NCBI GenBank assembly: GCA_002306335.1 | Contig: DBRT01000030.1 | Location: 13,759-77,758 of the forward strand | Origin: Bacillales bacterium UBA1361 | Lineage (GTDB): Bacteria; Bacillota_I; Bacilli_A; RFN20; CAG-826 | DNA length: 64,000 nucleotides | Direction of reading: 5' to 3' | Part shown: positions 60,925-64,000 of the stretch, one piece after another | Layout of the letters: the number at the start of each line of letters is the position of its first letter | How positions within the stretch are numbered: the stretch's first letter is position 1 | Notes under the pieces: generated by a model | What the model was told of the DNA's origin: nothing | Database searches by the model: none | What the model saw: the letters and a program-made list of their open reading frames with translations, nothing else | Position numbers and translations under genes: made by a program

Positions 60925-62525
60925 AAAACACATTACACATTTTAGAAGTTGCAAAGAAAGTTGGTCTTTCACCTGCAGATGTAATACTTTATGGTGAAGA
61001 TAAAGCAAAGATTAAAAGTCCGTTTACTGATATTAATCCACAAGGTAAATTAATTTTAGTAACTGCGATTACACCAACACCTTTTGGTGAAGGGAAAACG
61101 ACAATGTCAATTGCTCTACAAGACGCAATGTGGAAAACGGGAACAAAGAGTTTACTTTGTTTACGGGAGCCTTCACTTGGTCCAGTGTTTGGGATTAAAG
61201 GTGGTGCCACTGGTGCAGGACGCGCTAAGCTTTATCCAAGTGACGATATTAATCTTCATTTCACAGGTGATCTCCACGCTCTTACTTCAAGCATTAATCT
61301 AATTGCCGCAGTAATTGATAATCATATTTTCCAAGGCAATGCTTTAAATTTAGACCCGAAACGTATCACATGGAAACGCTCTTTAGATATGAATGATCGT
61401 GGCTTACGCAAAGTTAGAATTAATCAAGGTACGGGCAATGGTACTCCTCGCTGCGAAGAATTTCAAATTACTGTCGCTAGTGAACTAATGGCCATTATGT
61501 GTCTTGCTAGTGATCCTGATGACTTTATTCGTCGTGTAAAAGATATTATTATTGGCTATACATATGAAGGTGAAATTGTTCGTCTTGCCGCTTTAGAAAT
61601 AGAAGATGCGATTATGCACTTAATGAAACAAGCATTATTACCAAATTTGGTGCAAACATTAGAAGGCAATCCCGTTCTTGTCCATGGCGGACCTTTTGCA
61701 AATATTGCCCATGGCTGTAATTCAATCATTGCGACAAAATATGCGTTAAGTAAAGCACCAGTCGTTATCACTGAAGCAGGTTTTGCTAGTGAATTAGGTG
61801 CGGAAAAGTTTTTCAATATTAAGTGTCGTACCGCTAATTTAAAGCCTAATCTAGCGGTCGTAGTTGCCACTATTAAGGCATTAAAGATGCATGGTGGCGT
61901 TCCAATGAGTGCAATTTATGAAGAAAATACTGATGCACTTGCCAAAGGATTTGAAAACTTAGTGCAGCATTATGAAAACTTAAGTTTATTTGGTGTTAAA
62001 GTTCTTGTTGCTCTTAATCTTTTTGATAATGATCATAAAAGTGAAGTTAAGTTATTTGAAAAAGAAATGCAAAAACTAGGATATGATTATGCACTTGTTA
62101 GCTCGGTGAGTAAAGGCAGTGAAGGTGGTATTGAATTTGCAAATAAAGTAAAAGCATTACTAGCGGAAGAAACTAAGTTCGAATTTCTTTATGATACTGA
62201 GAAAGAAGTTGAAGAAAAGATTGAAATTATATGTAAAAAGTTATATCGCGCAAGCGGGGTTAAATATAGTAAAAAAGCACAACGCGAACTTGCGGTAATT
62301 AAAGAACAAGGGTTTGCTAAATTACCGGTGTGTATGGCTAAAACTCCGTTATCATTTAGTGATAATCCAAATTTAAAAAATGCACCACGAAACTTCAATA
62401 TTACAATCCGCGAATTTAGACTAAGTGCTGGGGCAGGTTTCATCGTTGCCCTAACTGGTAAAGTATTAACAATGCCTGGACTCCCTAAAGTACCTGCTGC
62501 GGTTAATATGAAGGAGGTTCGCTAG
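60921..62525 (+). CDS. fhs: formate--tetrahydrofolate ligase
   Basis: PTPFGEGKTT P-loop and FTHFS family conservation. Confidence 0.9.
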   Translation: MKNTLHILEVAKKVGLSPADVILYGEDKAKIKSPFTDINPQGKLILVTAITPTPFGEGKTTMSIALQDAMWKTGTKSLLCLREPSLGPVFGIKGGATGAGRAKLYPSDDINLHFTGDLHALTSSINLIAAVIDNHIFQGNALNLDPKRITWKRSLDMNDRGLRKVRINQGTGNGTPRCEEFQITVASELMAIMCLASDPDDFIRRVKDIIIGYTYEGEIVRLAALEIEDAIMHLMKQALLPNLVQTLEGNPVLVHGGPFANIAHGCNSIIATKYALSKAPVVITEAGFASELGAEKFFNIKCRTANLKPNLAVVVATIKALKMHGGVPMSAIYEENTDALAKGFENLVQHYENLSLFGVKVLVALNLFDNDHKSEVKLFEKEMQKLGYDYALVSSVSKGSEGGIEFANKVKALLAEETKFEFLYDTEKEVEEKIEIICKKLYRASGVKYSKKAQRELAVIKEQGFAKLPVCMAKTPLSFSDNPNLKNAPRNFNITIREFRLSAGAGFIVALTGKVLTMPGLPKVPAAVNMKEVR

Positions 62526-62743
62526 TGGCTTTAATTAAAGTTGATCTTTATGATGAAATTGAAATGAAGAAGCCGCATCCTTGCATTCATAAGAGTCATC
62601 GCTTTCAAGTGGTGATGCTTGGTGCTGATTTAAAATTGCAATGTCAGGGTTGTGGAAACATCGTTTTAATTAGCAGGATTAAGTTTAATCAAAAGTTTAA
62701 AAAACACATTGCTAGTCACGAAACGATAATTTTTACGAAATAA
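62525..62743 (+). CDS. small hypothetical protein with Cys/His cluster (possible zinc ribbon)
   Basis: 72 aa with C..H...C..C. GTG start overlaps the fhs stop by 1 nt. RBS AAGGAGG sits 7 nt upstream. Confidence 0.35.
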   Translation: MALIKVDLYDEIEMKKPHPCIHKSHRFQVVMLGADLKLQCQGCGNIVLISRIKFNQKFKKHIASHETIIFTK

Positions 62744-62771
62744 TGTTTTATTTGTAAAGTAGGAGGTTCCT

Positions 62772-63395
62772 ATTTTACAAGTCGTTAATCTATATAAAAG
62801 TTTTGGCAAAAAAGAAATATTTAGTAATCTTTCTTATACTTTTAAAAGTGGGAAGATATATGTCATCGTTGGTTATTCAGGAAGCGGAAAATCAACCTTT
62901 TTACATATTGTCGCTAATTATATTCCTAAAAACAGTGGGAAAATTAAATATAAAAATAAACTGATTACTAAAAATGATGTTACTTTAGTTTTGCAGCATC
63001 CATATTTTTTAGGTGATTTAAGGATAATTGATAATCTTAAAATTAGTTCACTTTTTCGCCATTTAAACAATCGAAAAATACGACAAAAATACACTAAAGC
63101 ACTGCAAATCAGCCATATTTTGCAAAGAAGAGCAAATGTATGTAGTGGCGGAGAAAAGGCGCGTGCAAATATATTGCGTGGTATTATTGAACGAAAACAC
63201 ATTTTATTAATTGATGAGCCAACAGCCCATCTTGATTTTAAAAATAGTCAAATAGTAGCGAAGCTTCTTAGCGAATTAAGCGCTAATAAAATCGTAATAG
63301 TAACAACACACCAACCAAGTTTATTTAAAAGTGGTAATACTATTTTTTTAAGGATTAAGAACGGAGTTTTTCATGAAGATAATAACATTATTTAA
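62772..63395 (+). CDS. ABC transporter ATP-binding protein, apparent ATT start
   Basis: Walker A GYSGSGKST at 62865 lies upstream of the first ATG, TTG or GTG. In-frame TAG at 62760. AGGAGG at 62761-62766 is 5 nt before ATT at 62772. Signature CSGGEKAR, Walker B ILLIDEPT. Confidence 0.55.
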   Translation: MLQVVNLYKSFGKKEIFSNLSYTFKSGKIYVIVGYSGSGKSTFLHIVANYIPKNSGKIKYKNKLITKNDVTLVLQHPYFLGDLRIIDNLKISSLFRHLNNRKIRQKYTKALQISHILQRRANVCSGGEKARANILRGIIERKHILLIDEPTAHLDFKNSQIVAKLLSELSANKIVIVTTHQPSLFKSGNTIFLRIKNGVFHEDNNII

Positions 63396-64000
63396 AGTTA
63401 TTGCTAATTTATATAAACGAAATATAAAGAAAAATCGATTAATGGTTATTTTTATGATTTTTACTAATATCACGCTGATGTTATTTTTAGTTTTCTTTTC
63501 AAGTAGTGAAACACTAGCCCAAACTCTTGCGGAAGGTTATTTAGAATATTTAAGTGTGGATGTTGCCCTTTATGAATCGCAACCTACTAACAATCCGCTG
63601 ATTAATGTTAAATCTTATCGACGACCAAGTATTGATTACCTTAATTCGATAATGAAAGTAACAGAATCTTTTGTTATTAGACCAGATTATTCACCCTTAC
63701 TTTATGAAAAAGAAATTATGGTTTTAGGTAAAGAAATTCCTAATGTCTTAATTACAATTATTGGGGAGAACACTAATGAGATTGGCATTAACCGAGCCTT
63801 TTACAACGAACTTAATAAACTTGTATCAATAAAGGATGATGAAATGTTGCTACATTTTTATATAAAGACGACAATATTTATCGATGATGAAGAAGTGTTA
63901 ATTGATTATTATAATCAGTTTCCTATTACTTATATATACGATGAACCGACATATTTTTCTGTCCCTAAATTATACATTTCCCAAAATACGATTGATGCAA
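63373..64000 (+). CDS. putative ABC transporter permease (partial, runs off window)
   Basis: Open frame from ATG at 63373 to the window end. N-terminal TM helix followed by an extracytoplasmic domain. Overlaps the ATPase stop. Confidence 0.4.
   Translation, partial: MKIITLFKVIANLYKRNIKKNRLMVIFMIFTNITLMLFLVFFSSSETLAQTLAEGYLEYLSVDVALYESQPTNNPLINVKSYRRPSIDYLNSIMKVTESFVIRPDYSPLLYEKEIMVLGKEIPNVLITIIGENTNEIGINRAFYNELNKLVSIKDDEMLLHFYIKTTIFIDDEEVLIDYYNQFPITYIYDEPTYFSVPKLYISQNTIDA

Overview
This 64 kb window is low-GC chromosomal DNA that uses the standard genetic code (TGA, TAA and TAG all terminate genes), is densely coding and is mostly housekeeping. About 60 protein genes have Firmicutes/Mollicutes-type products. 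Gene order from about 45.8 to 60.9 kb strongly recalls Bacillus subtilis: dnaD-nth, recU-gpsB-rnpB, pgsA-cinA-recA, rny-ymdB, miaB-ymcA-mutS-mutL-miaA. Also present are a sufCDSUB Fe-S assembly operon followed by mnmG-rsmG-parA-parB, an FMN riboswitch with ribU, four tRNAs (Ile, then Val-Thr-Leu), rnpB, rplM-rpsI, and a four-gene electron-bifurcating-type [FeFe] hydrogenase cluster. Lipoproteins with L-L-L-T-G-C lipoboxes, a GT4 glycolipid synthase next to an MprF-like membrane protein, recU without an adjacent ponA, and the absence of rpsA after cmk suggest an Acholeplasma/Izemoplasma-like or Erysipelotrichia-like lineage. This is inference only. No CRISPR array, transposase or integrase was seen. 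The notable items are a non-canonical H-cluster motif in HydA, a GlmS homolog with a degenerate glutaminase domain, a Bro-N gene disrupted by an in-frame TAG beside an XRE regulator and the tRNA cluster, an ABC ATPase with no canonical start codon, a head-domain-only CCA-type nucleotidyltransferase, and several palindromic or repeated candidate regulatory sites. No clearly novel multi-gene system was identified. All calls come from reading the sequence and recalled family motifs; no database search was run.
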